64,000 nt of DNA from Phoronis australis (lineage: Eukaryota; Animalia; Phoronida): assembly GCA_002633005.1 (NCBI GenBank), contig NMRA01000139.1:372001-436000 (forward strand), written 5' to 3'. The notes below the pieces were generated by a model. The model worked only from the letters and a program-made list of their open reading frames with translations, was not told where the DNA came from and did not search any database. This document shows positions 12,657-25,700 of the stretch, in pieces. Positions within the stretch are counted from its first letter, which is position 1. Each line of letters starts with the position of its first letter. A program made the translations under genes and the position numbers.

Positions 12657-15600
12657 CCTACGCCTTTGACGAGACTGTTTTTTGTAATTTGTCATGCAGT
12701 TAACTATTAATTTTCTGTAACCGATATGGCTGTCACGAAAGATAAGATTATGCCCGGATACACATTTCATCCACTTTAATTTTGAACGATCCGTGTACTT
12801 TGAATTTAAATTAAATCTTCAATTCAAATTAAATCTTCAACCGTGTACATAGTATTTTGTTTTATCTGACGAGGGTAGAAGCGACGATGTTATGGGTTAA
12901 CTTTTTGCGAGTGGCCGTTTCTGATAGATACAGGCCTTTTTAAATTTACTTATAAAAATACTGCTGAAAAAGCGGTTTCGGTCACCGGTTAATAATAAAG
13001 ACCTTGCCTACTACTTTTAGCCGGTGAACTAAAAAATCATAATACAATAAACGAGTACATAGCATTTCAGGCCATCCCTCGAATTAATTATTTGTCTTTA
13101 AATTGTGCCATTTGTCGAATCGTTAACGTCCGGCATTACATGTAAAATTTAGTTGTAATTTCATAAAACATTTTCATCGAGGTTAGCTCATCGGTGCGGA
13201 GTTCTCGGTGACTTCCCTACATAAGTGCCCTCAACTCATTCCCACCTGTTGCGCACTAAACCACAGCGGTTGTTCTCGATCAACGTAGTCTTCATCGTCT
13301 ACTCACAAGTACGTCGTTATTAGGATTTTGGTCAGTTTGACGAATGTTCATTTGCAGTTAATGTAATATTTTCTTCTCGTATCCACCTTTATAGTTCACT
13401 TCGTGCAGTTTTCTTCTCAGAGTCACGAACACTCCTCCATAGGCCAAAGATAACAGATGCCTGTCACAGTGCGCCCCCTACCTGCTGTGTAATCGCCTGC
13501 GACACATACATGTACGGCAGAACTTGTGCCAGAGAATGTACGCTAACCCCTGGTACTTATGTGACAATTTACTTCTCAAAAATACCTTTTCGATTACCAT
13601 CACAGTCGAACAGCTCTGTCTACCATCTTTTGTGTAACATCATCGTCACCATTGACTTGCGACTCACATTAAAAAGTGACTTTTGCGTCTAGTTGCGGTT
13701 TTATCGCGTCGTCCTTCGTCCGTTTACACTTTTGACTTATCTAAGTGGCTCATGGCACACTCGGGTTACAATGTTGATGTGAAGTAGGGAGAAACGAAGC
13801 TCCGGATAAACAGAGTATACAAAACGTTTTTATGAAGCAATTACAATATCGGGTTAGACTACTTTATTCATTTATAATCGCGCATTGAATCTCTTAGTCT
13901 ATTGTTGTTAGGAAAGGTTTAAGGTGCCTGTGAATGGCGTTGTTTGTATTGGTTGGATATCGTACAATGCCCTTGGTTATGGGATTGAGAGAGACTAACA
14001 ACACGAACGGAACTAGCGCGGTTCATTTGTTCCGGGTGTTCGGATATTATATCTGACAGAAGCGCTATCTCTCGAGAAGAAATGAGTTTAGTGCCACAGG
14101 TTGCTTGGAAACCCGGAGGGTGGGGGTGTGGGGGGGGGAGGGATTAAACAGATGAGGTATAAGATACTTAAAGCTTAGATGGTGGATTTTCGTTCGCTGC
14201 GAAAATAGGCGCATTTTGTGTTTTGATTTCCTCAAATTCCTCAAAACATAATAAAACTGTTTTTTGCGCAGTAATTAGTTTTTAAAGGGTTAGATAGTGT
14301 TTTAATTGGTTTGATGTACTTGATTAGATTTCATATTGCTGTACATGTATGTACTTGGTGGTTGATGGTTGAATTAATAAATGTTTACCTCGAAAAAATA
14401 AGAAAACTAAGATTGTTATTAACTTATGGTTTGTACAGCCAGGAATGACATAAAACAACACGCTGGCGCATTCCAGTTTAAATTGTGCATGCGCTTGTTT
14501 ATTTGGTTCAAAACACAAAAAGATGTCAATTCATTAGGGGCTACTCGATTACTTTTTGACCGGAAGCGGGACGTAGTGGGAATATTAAGATACCCCATTG
14601 AGATAGAGGGTATGAGAAAGATTGATTTGTAGACTTTTTGTGTTCCATGAAAAAGTGGCACAGTTTCGTAAACGTGACTCTTTCGTGGATTCTTAGACAT
14701 TAACAACTTAAGCTTGGAACAACTACAGTCGATAAATCTGCCACGGAAAGTCTTTTGCAAAAACGTTTTGAAGGCATGGATAAAAATATAAAAGCCATCC
14801 ACAGATTTTGAGTAGGAAGCTGGCGAAGAGTACCGAGCTTGCAACCATTTTGTGGGGAATAAAGGTAAACTACATGTCTATCCAGTTGATTAGTATTGGG
14901 ACCCGCTCCAAGAAAAATGACTTAGCTAAGACAAATCTTAAATTTAAGTCAACTTGAAACTTGTCCGTTCCAGAGAAAGTGATGTGAATTTGACTTCAGT
15001 TTTGTCTTAAGTTCGACTAACTTAACGGGTGTGGAAGTTTCAAAGTCTGGAAGTCGAGACAAATCTTAGACTTAATGAGTCAAAAATGAATTTTATTTAT
15101 GTACGAGGGATACTTTCTTGTGTATTTTTAAACGCAGTAGGCAACGTACTTGTAGTGTTGTGGCTACTCACTGTGTGGCTAGAGCCAGTCTCATTCCAAG
15201 CCTCGAGATGGCGCTTTAGAAACTATGCTGGTATCGTTCAGCGGCAGACGACCAACACAGAAACATTGAGAAAACAAGTTCAGGTACTGTTTCATAATAA
15301 AAGGTGTTATTAATAGTCTAAATTCCTGATATTTATATTACGACGCACCAAAATCTTGAGATGGTGACAACTGAAAGACTCGGGAAGTTAGATTTGGACT
15401 TGAAATTGGATTTAGTCTCGCAATTCGACCATGTCTCACGGCAATCACCTTCACAACTTTAGCGTGGGTAGAGTGCAGGAAAGAGCCTTACGCTAGGACC
15501 TCGCTAAAATGTAGCCAAAATGACATGTTCTTATTTAAAATACACGGCAATATGTCACGTAATCTCGCGAAGTGTTGCCTTTTAACGAGGACCTAGCTTT

Positions 15601-15736
15601 ACTGAACTTTACCATGGCATTCGACGTTCAATTGCAATTGGTCAAGGCCTCAACTCAAGACTCAAGTAGGCTTACACAGTGAACACCGTCTCCAGCTAGA
15701 GACAGTGGTCACTGACTACTGTTCAAGTAGTAGTTT

Positions 15737-16433
15737 GCATGTAAAACAATAGTTCGACCCACCTTGGAATATACCTCTACTGTTTGGGACCCCTATACCC
15801 ACAAAGACGTCATTACTGCTGTAGTAGAGAAAGTATCTAAGGAGCAGAGCTCAGCTCGTTGGGTCACGAAATGGTTCAATTCGTTTATCCTCTGTTGTGT
15901 CAATGTTAGAAACCTTCAACTGGCCAAATCTCAGTCACTGACACAAAATCTGTAGGCTGACAATGTTTTACAAGTATGATAAGTCGGTGATCATCAACTC
16001 TGTTGTTGCCCCTGTCACTGACAGATCCTGCTCTCTCTCAGCTTGGCATCTGTACTAGGTCATCCAGTTATAGTATTGCAATAAATAGGACATATTACAG
16101 GAAAAAGACATACTTTCCTGGAATATTCGCGAACTGGAATAGCTTGCCAGGCTTCATTACATCAGTCTCTTCTCTGGACATCTTTCTCAGCAAGCTATCT
16201 GCCTTTCTGAAGTAACATAGTCGGGTGCCTCCATCTGGGGCACCCGCTTACTGTCTGCCCTATCTGTAAACAACCTACCTATGTTAATCGATCAATCGCT
16301 GAAGTGACAGCCACTATTTATTTATCATTTAACTTATTAAAGTTGTTCTTGTCTTTGTTGATCTTCATTGTTATACAGTGACATAATACTATGGAGAGAG
16401 TGTGGTCACTTGAACCAAGAAGAAGAAAAAAAA
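15737..16433 (+). mobile_element. 5'-truncated, frameshifted non-LTR retrotransposon (LINE, CR1/L2/jockey-type) RT C-terminal remnant with 3' UTR
   Basis: Translations ACKTIVRPTLEYTSTVWDPY...VEKV...SARWV and YFPGIFANWNSLP resemble the LINE ORF2 C-terminal motifs LVRPxLEYxxxVWDP...QRRAARFV and FFPRTIxxWNxLP. GC stem-loop cgggtgcc...ggcacccg at ~16222-16247; (GAA)n/A-rich tail near 16418-16433. Confidence 0.85.
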
Positions 16434-16489
16434 GTTGATCTACCTACAGTGCTGGCTTGTGCCTTAGGTGGTAGCTTGACATTCGATCT

Positions 16490-16640
16490 GGATAATGTCC
16501 CAACTGAAAATCAGTCTCGATTCCCACTAAAAACTCGCGAAACCCTACAAAATCAAACTGACCTTTCCGTAAACTTAAATGTTTGCCATTACGGTAGATT
16601 CATTGATCATTGTCTAATAGTCAAAATTGTTGGGTGGTAA
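16490..16640 (+). promoter_or_regulatory. Putative promoter/first exon at the boundary between CpG-rich and CpG-depleted DNA
   Basis: CpG-containing patch with actcgcga and ttcccactaaaa motifs, then a possible donor GTG|gtaact at 16636/16637. CpG frequency drops sharply downstream. Confidence 0.3.
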
Positions 16641-17373
16641 CTAACAAACCTTGAACATTTATGAGCAATATTTAATGTTATGGGAAATTAGACTGAAAAA
16701 TGAAATTTCACTTAGCGAGATTTTTGCGTACTTGAGATTCCCACAACTCCTTTATAGGGCTGATGTAGAACCCAGTTTTATAGGGGCTGTATTGTGTGAG
16801 AACCTGCCATTCATTCATTGTGAAGACTGAGGGACAGTTGGTTTTGAATGTCTGGAAGACCATTTTTATTACTCTTACTTGTGCAAAAGGTATTTATTTT
16901 TCACCTAAAATTATTTTCAGCAATACTATTATTGTTGAGTTTTAAATCTTGGTGCATGGAAATTATGTTTCATGCTATTACTAAAAGATAACCACTTTCC
17001 ATAAACCGGAGGATAGTGTTTGTTTGTTCTTTAATGTAAGCCAGAGCTTACATGGTTGGAATTTGAACTTCATTTAAACTAGAAATTATTATTAATGCAG
17101 GTCTCAGTCACAATGAGGTAATGTGTGATTTCACTTAAAACAGATAATAAATCTTCTTTAGAGTCGGAACCCTGGTGCCGGTGGGAACTGGGATTCGAAA
17201 TCATGCTGCACTAAGTCACTCAGGTTCTAACCAGTTTATCTGAAGGCAGTTCGAGCTTGTTAGTTTCAGTAGGCACAAATAGATTTTTTCAGAATATGTA
17301 GTTATATTTTACTACGCCTGTATTTCATCCATGTTTGGCTGTCAGTGTTGAATTCGTAGCCGAAGAGCATTGG

Positions 17374-18498
17374 GGTCTTGAAGTCATGCTGAGTGAGCAG
17401 GTAATGGTTACATGCATCATTTTGGAGTCGGCAATTTTATGGTTAGCTAACCTCAATAAACTTTGAAGCATTTTCTTAAGTCACTAGTGGTTTAGATGTT
17501 CTCACTGGTGGTTAAGATGTTCTCACTGGTAAAGAAAATAGAATCCTGAATCCAAGCATGGTAAGGAATATTATGAGACTGGTTTTATGAGTGTGAAAGG
17601 CCTCATTTGATTTTCATTCATTTAGCCACCTCATCCAGGCGAAATGTGGCTTTTTAGGTAATGTACCAGTTTCCCTTGCCCAATATAATCACCTGGTCAC
17701 CTTGTTGTCTCCACTCAGTCTGGTCCTAGACATTCCAATGACAGCCCCTGGCCAATATGTCTACCTCCATGCCAAAAGCATGTTTTTGTCAGCCATGGGG
17801 GTCAATTGGCTTAATGAGCCCTATATAGCTAATGACAGTTGGGTAACAATTGCCCTGTTATTCAGGGCCAACCAATATCCACCAGCTCCTATCCAAACAT
17901 AAGGTTTATATTCTTTGAGCATGACATGTAGGGTAAATTATAGCTTATTGACTGATAGAGACTTAGAATGACTTGTCTTGATCTATGTTTACCTGTACAG
18001 TGAGGCTTTTGAAAATGTCAGGTACTGATTGCTTTGGATTATATCATCAAAAGGTTGCTGTTAATTCACACACTACAAGACTTTCTTGTGATCTTCTTGT
18101 ACTCTACCCAGTTGTGAATTTTCGGAAAATACAAAGAAAAGAAGGAAAATTATACAAAGAAAACAAGGAAATCCAGAGAGTCTCTGAACCAAGTACTAGG
18201 TTGGCAAGATACTTCTTCCATGTGAACTTGTATTTATTTCACTACAGCTGGACTTTTTAGCAATGTGTTATGTTAATGTTATGCAGGACCTTAGAAAAAT
18301 GACTGACTAACTTCGTGAACATCATGTCTCAGAAACATCTGATTGGATTCTTATGAAACTTTCAAATGTGTGTTATGCAGTTCTCAAAATGCCGTTAAAA
18401 TTATTTTTAAATGCTCTTCTTTTCCATGAGGAGCTATGAAAAGTAGGACTTAAAAACTCAGAAGTTGCATAAAACAAAATAATAATTTACAAAACTGA
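17374..18498 (+). repeat. Copy 1 of a near-identical ~1.12-kb duplication (partner 21496-22619)
   Basis: Direct comparison shows only scattered SNPs and small indels; the ORF track gives near-identical peptides at 17702/21824 and 17985/22109. Confidence 0.95.
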
Positions 18499-18625
18499 AA
18501 CAGTGTTTTTGAGATGATATTTATTTGGAGTGAGATTTGGTCTTGTTATTGGTGCCGTTGTTTTGCTATGATTAAACATTTCTTTATTGCTAAATTTTAG
18601 TAAAAACATGGTCATATGACTCGAT
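18283..18625 (+). repeat. Old dispersed repeat family, with diverged copies at ~40570-40930 and ~44770-45145
   Basis: Shared ordered motifs ggacc(t/c)taga(a/g)aaatg...tctcaga...atgaaactt...aaatgctct...catgagg...aaaactca...ccgttgttttg...catggtc. Boundaries approximate. Confidence 0.6.
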
Positions 18626-18677
18626 TAATGGGAGACCGGTGTTTAGTGAACAATCTACATCAGGGTGAGATGCTTAA

Positions 18678-20835
18678 AAGGGAACTGTATTTTATTCTGA
18701 ATAAATTCTGGATAGTTTTCCATGAATTGTTGAAGTTAATTTCACAAATACCGTAAACCTTCGGGTTAACGCCCCTGCTCAGTTAACCGCCCACTCCCCA
18801 CTTTAGGTGTATTTTCGATTTAATCGCCCACTGCTCGGTTAAGCGCCCCCCCCCTGCGATTTTTGAAGATTTCCAGTTAAGCGCCCACCTCTCGGTTAAG
18901 CGCCCATCCCCGACTTTTAAAGAATGAAGATTTAGCTCCCAGTGCTAAGGAAACGCGCGATTCCCCGACTTATAGAAAAAAGATTGGTGATTACAATGAG
19001 TGCAACGACGCTGGGCTTCCGATACAGTGGTTTAGCAATGTGAATTGCAATTATACAAGTAACGAGTTATTGTCTTGGGTCACTATTATGACAATAACGC
19101 TCTTTGAAAAGTGCTCCGCGTTCCGAGTAGGCCTACGTATGTAGTGTGGGTACTTAGATCACGAGGTAAGATTAACCGCCCAGGGCGCTTGCCTGTAGTA
19201 ATAAGCGCCCATGTTCGGTTAACCGCCCACCCTGGATTTTTTGAAGTTTCACGTTTAAGCACCCATGTCTGGTTAACCGCCCACCCCGATTTTTTGGGTT
19301 TGCCAATTTAACCGCCCAGGGCGTTAACCCGAACGTTTACGGTAATTCAACAACAAAAATTAAACTTATATTCGCTAACGAAGCTCAAAAAAATTCCGGC
19401 TTGGAGCGCTGCTTAGTCTCGTGACGTATTTGGCGGGGGCAAAGTCACTGTCCTGTGTTAGTGTGCAATCAAGTAGCGTTTTTCATATTGTCGGAATAAG
19501 AAATTTTAGTGTGAAATGTTGGGTCACAAGGGATACCTGTATGAGCCGAGGCAACACAAAGTGATACACAGTCATCGTCATCATCAGAAGAAAATTTGCT
19601 GGTGCAACCAGTCCGTATCAACAATTTACATTGGTGTGACTTTGCTGTGGACAGTGTGGACTCTAGCCAGCCAGCCACACAGCTGTCAGCCAATACTCAG
19701 CGCTGTTAACTTGAAGGGTTGGTAAGTTACCGACTATAGCTGTATGAAGACTATCGTACCACTATGTGTTGAGCTCCTTTTCAGACAGTCGTTGACTACC
19801 CGGGTATAGTTGATTATGCCCGTCACCTCCTCGTAAAACTTAGGCTGCATCAACATATAAAGCTAACGGACCGGCGGGGGCGCATGCAAAATCTGGTAGT
19901 CACCCGACTCTCCCACTGTTCGTTGCAGCCGTTTAAGTGGAAAACAATCAAATAAACGTCATTTGGTAGCATAATTTGCCGCCTTTTTAACAAAGAAGTG
20001 AGTCGTCCGTTCAAAAACAGCACGCTCATGACACGCCGCACGCGCCATTTCCTAAAATTTGAGACATCTTTCGGGACATGACGACAGCTTCGCAGCACCA
20101 AGGTTGTTCTAAAATTCGGTTTGTTGGTATAAAAATACTAAAAACTTGTAACAAAATGAAACAAGTTCCTATAATTTGTTATAACATGTACGCAACCTAG
20201 GTACCGTCAGCGACGAACACTTGATAAAAGAATCGGGGGGAAAAGAAACTGGTTGAGGTCAGGTGATGTAATCGCAAAAAGCCGACTCAAGAGAACCCAT
20301 CACAATTTTAGCAGCGGCCGATGAACGATCGCTAACTTTTCCAACACCGGTAAATACAGAAGTTAGTTTACTCTAGGAACCTGGTTTCTATGTTTACTCA
20401 AGGATAAAATTAGTTTTAATGACATTAAGTCAGATTTTATTTGTCCATTTTTTACCCATATCGGCTCTTGAAAACCTGTAGGCCTATATTTAGTATATAG
20501 CTTTGGGCCAAGGCTTCGGTAACCCGGCGATGGTGCCATACAAAAAGACATAGCGAACCTTTTACAGCACTGTGGCAAACAATAAAAAATAAAAATAATG
20601 ATAAATTGTGATGTAAACTCTCCAAATATGACATAAGCAATGAATGTGTAAAGCAGCCTATACCCTGCCATTCACGTCACTGACACATCAGCCAATCAGC
20701 GAACGCTTTCAGAATTCAGTGTTTTAACCATGAATACAAATCGGCTTTTGTTTGGCATGCAAGTCAGGCAAATATGAGTTTTATTTGTATGTTAGAACCG
20801 ATTAACTGCAACATTATTTTGACTACAGTCCCCTT
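18678..20835. mobile_element. Non-autonomous DNA transposon, Kolobok-like (TTAA TSD, RR...YY termini)
   Basis: TTAA|AAGGGAACTGTA at the left and TACAGTCCCCTT|TTAA at the right (11/12 TIR). The interior matches sequence at 28230-28490 and 51020-51750. No transposase ORF. Confidence 0.65.
18751..19342. mobile_element. Tc1/mariner(pogo)-type MITE nested in the Kolobok-like element
   Basis: 24-bp TIR ccgtaaac(c/g)ttcgggttaacgccc (23/24), TA on both flanks, and many subterminal ttaa(c/g)cgccca repeats. Confidence 0.9.
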
Positions 20836-20924
20836 TTAAAGTAACCTCAACCTATCAAATGTGACCTAGCAAAATTACCTGAACTGAGGTTGCCACAACA
20901 TGGAAATCNGGGGGGGGGGGGGGT

Positions 20925-21373
20925 CAAAACTAGATTTTACATGACTCAGTAAACGTAGAAAGTTTCTGAAATTAAAAAGCCTACAGATGGCTCAATTTGG
21001 CGACTTGCTGGTACCCAATGCGACCTCAGATTTTGCTGGGCAACTTCGTAAAAATCCCATTGCCCTTGTAAATGATGCGTAGTTTGTGACAAACAAAAGC
21101 AGGTTTCCTCTGCATGTTCACCACCCGAATGATTGTGAATGCCATCTGTTGACATCCTGTAGTATTTTGAGTGGGTGCTCGGATGTGTGTGTGTGTTTGT
21201 ATATGCGTGTATGTGTGTGCATTTGTGTGTGGTGATTTTGAGGCGACATGGGATTTTTACCAAGTTTCCTAGCAAAATCTAAGGTCGCATTGGGTCGACA
21301 AATTGAACCCTCTGTAGGCTTTCTATTTTCAGAAGCTTTCTACATTTACTGAGTTACCTAAAATCTAGTTTTG
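20925..21373. mobile_element. Foldback element/MITE with ~150-bp imperfect inverted arms around a TG-rich centre
   Basis: caaaactagattt...ctcagtaaacgtagaaag...gcctacaga...cccaatgcgacct...aaaaatcccat is mirrored by atgggattttt...aggtcgcattggg...tctgtaggc...tttactgag...aaatctagttttg. Confidence 0.8.
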
Positions 21374-21495
21374 TAGGTATGTTGGTGGTAAAATCTTATG
21401 TCTCATTGATACATGTGTAAATAAAAATTCCTTCCTGATAGTCAAACTTTGTCAGACTCTGGTGCCAGTCATGCTATTGTGCAAAGTTGAAGGCN

Positions 21496-22704
21496 GGTCT
21501 TGAAGTCATGCTGAGTGAGCAGGTAATGGTTACATGCATCATTTTGGAGTCGGCAATTTTATGGTTAGCTAACCTCAATAAACTTTGAAGCATTTTCTTA
21601 AGTCACTAGTGGTTTAGATGTTCTCACTGGTGGTTAAGATGTTCTCACTGGTAAAGAAAATAGAATCCTGAATCCAAGCATGTTAAAGAATATTATGAGA
21701 CTGGTTTTATGAGTGTGAAAGGCCTAATTTGATTTTCATTCATTTAGCCACCTCATCCAGGGGAAATGTGGCTTTTTAGGTAATAAACCAGTTGCCCTTG
21801 CCCAATATAATCACCTGGCCACCTTGTTGTCTCCACTCAGTCTGGTCCTAGACATTCCAATGACAGCCCCTGGCCAATATGTCTACCTCCATGCCAAAAG
21901 CATGTTTTTGTCAGCCATGGGGGTCAATTGGCTTAATGAGCCCTATATAGCTAATGACAGTTGGGTAACAATTGCCCTGTCATTCAGGGCCAACCAATAT
22001 CCACCAGCTCCTATCCAAACATAAGGGTTATATTCTTTGAGCATGACATGTAGGGTAAATTATAGCTTATTGACTGATAGAGACTTAGAATGACTTTTGT
22101 CTTGATCTATGTTTACCTGTACAGTGAGGCTTTTGAAAATGTCAGGTACTGATTGCTTTGGATTATATCATCAAAAGGTTGCTGTTAATTCACACACTAC
22201 AAGACTTTCTTGTGATCTTCTTGTACTCTACCAAGTTGTGAATTTTCGAAAAATACAAAGAAAAGAAGGAAAATTATACAAAGAAAACAAGGAAATCCAG
22301 AGAAAAGGAGTCTCTGAACCAAGTACCAGGTTGGCAAGATACTTCTTCCATGTGAACTTGTATTTATTTCACTACAGCTGGACTTTTTAGCAATGTGTTT
22401 TGTTAATGTTATTTAGAACCTTAGAAAAATGACTGACTAACTTCGTGAATATCAAGTCTCAGAAACATCTGATTGGAAACTTTCAAATGTGTGTTATGCA
22501 GTTCTCAAAACGCCGTTAAAATTATTTTTAAATGCTCTTCTTTTCCATGAGGAGCTATGAAAAGTAGGTCTTAAGAACTCGGAAGTTGCATAAAACAAAA
22601 TAATAATTTACAAAACTGATACATGTGTAAATAAAAATTCCTTCCTGATAGTCAAACTTTGTCAGACTCTCGTGCCAGTCATGCTATTGTGCAAAGTTGA
22701 AGGC
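21496..22704 (+). repeat. Copy 2 of the duplication (17374-18498 joined directly to 21410-21494); probable alternate haplotype
   Basis: Starts immediately after the N at 21495. 22620-22704 repeats 21410-21494. Confidence 0.9.
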
Positions 22705-25700
22705 ATATTTTGACAATCCTATTGGAGAGTGTAAGGATAAATAATTGTAAATCCAGTATCTTCAAGTTCTTGATGGAGTATCACACAGTCTATATGGTCT
22801 CAAACTTCTATTTGAGATAGGTTTTAATGCAGAAGTCGTTAGTCCAGTTCTGCAAATAGCTTGTGCATTTTGGTTCAAACTGTTAACATCACGATCTATA
22901 CCAGGCTAACACGATTTTTCTGTGAATTGGTCTGCAATTTGTTTAAGGGCTAATTCAGTGGAGTGTTTTGCTAATCAAGATGTGCTATATTGTTGATCAG
23001 AATTTGGGAAATCATCAGCCTTTTCTTGAATCAGAAAATACTCAATTGTCGTGCTTTGACAGGATGTTTTTGTCTTTTTTGTCTTTTTCTGCGATGTGCT
23101 ATTTCATCAGTGTGTGATAAGTTTGTGTCTTACACATTAGTCAATAGAAAAGAATGATGTCTAAAAATGGTGTGGTATTTGTTCTTACAATAGTTACAGT
23201 CCAGAATAATTAGACTCCACTACCATAATAATCAGCATAGTGAAAATTAAGTTTTTAATAGTTTGCACGGTTTGCAACTTGGTGTTGTTTAATCAAACTT
23301 TCCCATAATGGAATTTGTATTGCTGAAGAAAGTTGAAGCCTAGTTTCTGCGAATTGATCCTTTTTTCTTTGTTTCATTCAGTGCTTTGCTTTCAGCCAAA
23401 TCTGACTAATTTGTGGTTGCTTAAATTAACAATGCATTGTTTGTTAAACTATTAATTCTTTGCTGTTAAAAAGTCTTGAGGATTATTTTGTGGTCAAGAC
23501 ATTCAAAGATCCCAAATGGCGAATAGTTCAAGCCATGCAAATACGGCAATCTGTATGTTCTTAGTCACCAACATTGTTCAGAAACTGACTGACAAATAAT
23601 CATTAAAATTCAATCAGGTTAACCCAGGTGTCAAGGAGGCTGCATTTCCCTGCCTGAAGTATGCACACCTGAGGTGAGGTGTTCCTGTACAAACACTACC
23701 TTTTCATGTTCTGTTGGCCAGGTGTTTCAATGGTACAGTGGAGACATCTCCCTTCTCAGATGTGACTGGCTCTCAAAGGGACATTCCTTACAAAATGTTT
23801 TACTAGAAATCATCGTGAGTGGGTAGTTCACATCTGTGTTGCCCTAGGTCATTGCTTGGTTGTTATTTCTTTAATTAGTGACTTTGTTATCATCTCAAGA
23901 TTTGTCCTTTCTCTTTGGTTAGTGGAAATCTGCCAGTGAGCTAACAGTGTTTAAAGTTACTGGCATGGTTGTTATTTTTATACATTGCGATATTTATAAT
24001 TCCCATACTGATGTTGTGAGGTCTGTTATTAATTTTCTGGCTATGCTGAGTAGTAGGGCTGGGAGAAAGCCTATGTAAGCCAACATCTAGTGTTAAAAAG
24101 AACATCCTAAAAACCGTGTGTCCAGGTGGTAATTAATGAAATTGGAAACTGCTTCTGTAATGGTAAGAAAGATAGAAATGGTTATTCAGAAAAATACATG
24201 AAATGTAATGTAAACGTACTATAAAAAATCTCCAATTTGGAACAACCTCTCAACTTTGGTATACCGAATTTCAAGCGGAAATCAAAAATTTCTTTTTTCT
24301 GAATTTGACATATTTTTTTGTATATTGAGCACTGCATTTTGTATCAGTGGAGTCTGAAAATAGACTTAACAGTTCATAGCGTTGTCGCAAATAGGTGGCG
24401 ACGCAACACTTCATGCGTACCTGTAGTGCGTAACATTGAGGTGAATGATCTTTTGTCGTTGACGGTGATTGTTGAATTTTGGGTGACCAGTACTGCCTAC
24501 TTCTCTGTGTTATTTTTATTCTACATTGCTTGAATTTATTCACGATAATAGTTTGTCATGGGTTATCGTGAGAAATACTGATATTTAGATTGAAAACTGA
24601 AAGGTAGGTCAAATCTCCATAAGTTGGCGGCACAAGTATGGAAAGTCAAATCGGCTTGACTGATTCAAGAAGTGGACTCACTGTGTAGTGTGGTATGGTT
24701 GTTCCAGGTCATTCTGTCACGCAACTGTTTGCTCGTGTCCGATTTCGCCTTGACTGCGACAAATTCTCTAAGTATGGGTGAATCCAACAAAATGTTTTTC
24801 TTTAGATTTAAAGTAGTTAGTATTGTAGAAATGTTTGTTTTTCATGATAACAATGTCAGATCTCTTCCGTAGTGAGTTGAGCAATTGCTGGTGCTCCTTC
24901 AAAATGGAAGCATACATCCAGTGGACTATCTGGAAAATAGAAACTTGAAAAAATACTAAATGGTCACCCCTAGAGCCCCTGTAGAAGAGAAGCTGTCTCA
25001 GAGTGCAAAATACCGACACGAGAAATGTTACATGGTACCCGCGAGGCTGGATACCTGCGTGAGATATTACCTGAGAGGGCATTTAATATTGATATGAGAT
25101 GACGCAGGAATGGGAAAAATGACGGCACCTTGGATGATTGCTGAGATGGCAAAATCTAAACCCGAGATGATACTAAAGTAAAATACCCATTCGAGACTGT
25201 ACTGGAGTTGGGAAATACCCACGTGAGTTGGTGGTAGGTATTAACCAGCTATTCTAATGGTATATTCCCTCATGATATTGATGGTTAGATAATACCACTT
25301 CAAACATCTGGTCAGCAATTGCGCTAATTCAGAACTGGCACAACAATATCACAGGTAAAAACACTTGAATCTTACGAGTGGAAATTTAGTGGCTTTTGGA
25401 AGAAGTAATGAATTCTCTTGCAGTTTCCTCCCACAATCCAACATTTCTGTCCAATCTGTTTGCTAGTGTATATCAATCAAGTTGCAAGGTTACTTGCCAA
25501 ACACCAAATGTGATTTTGCCAAATTGTTGAGAATAGACTCTAATTAATTAATGCAATTTACATCTAGAAATGAATAGGTTAGGAGGTCAAGTGGCAGTTC
25601 AGTTGGCTGTAGAATGTTAATTGATTGTGTATTTATTCAAAAGTTGACATGACATGTTTGCTATTGTCTGACAGATTCTTTGGATCATAAAATTGTTTGT

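Noticed and set aside
14419-14844. 141-aa minus-strand ORF
   Set aside because: Non-ATG start, no recognisable domain, no consistent splice signals.
17702-22390. Duplicated small ORFs (66 aa and 91/93 aa) as a paralogous gene pair
   Set aside because: They are by-products of the near-identical, probably allelic duplication, with no protein-like features.
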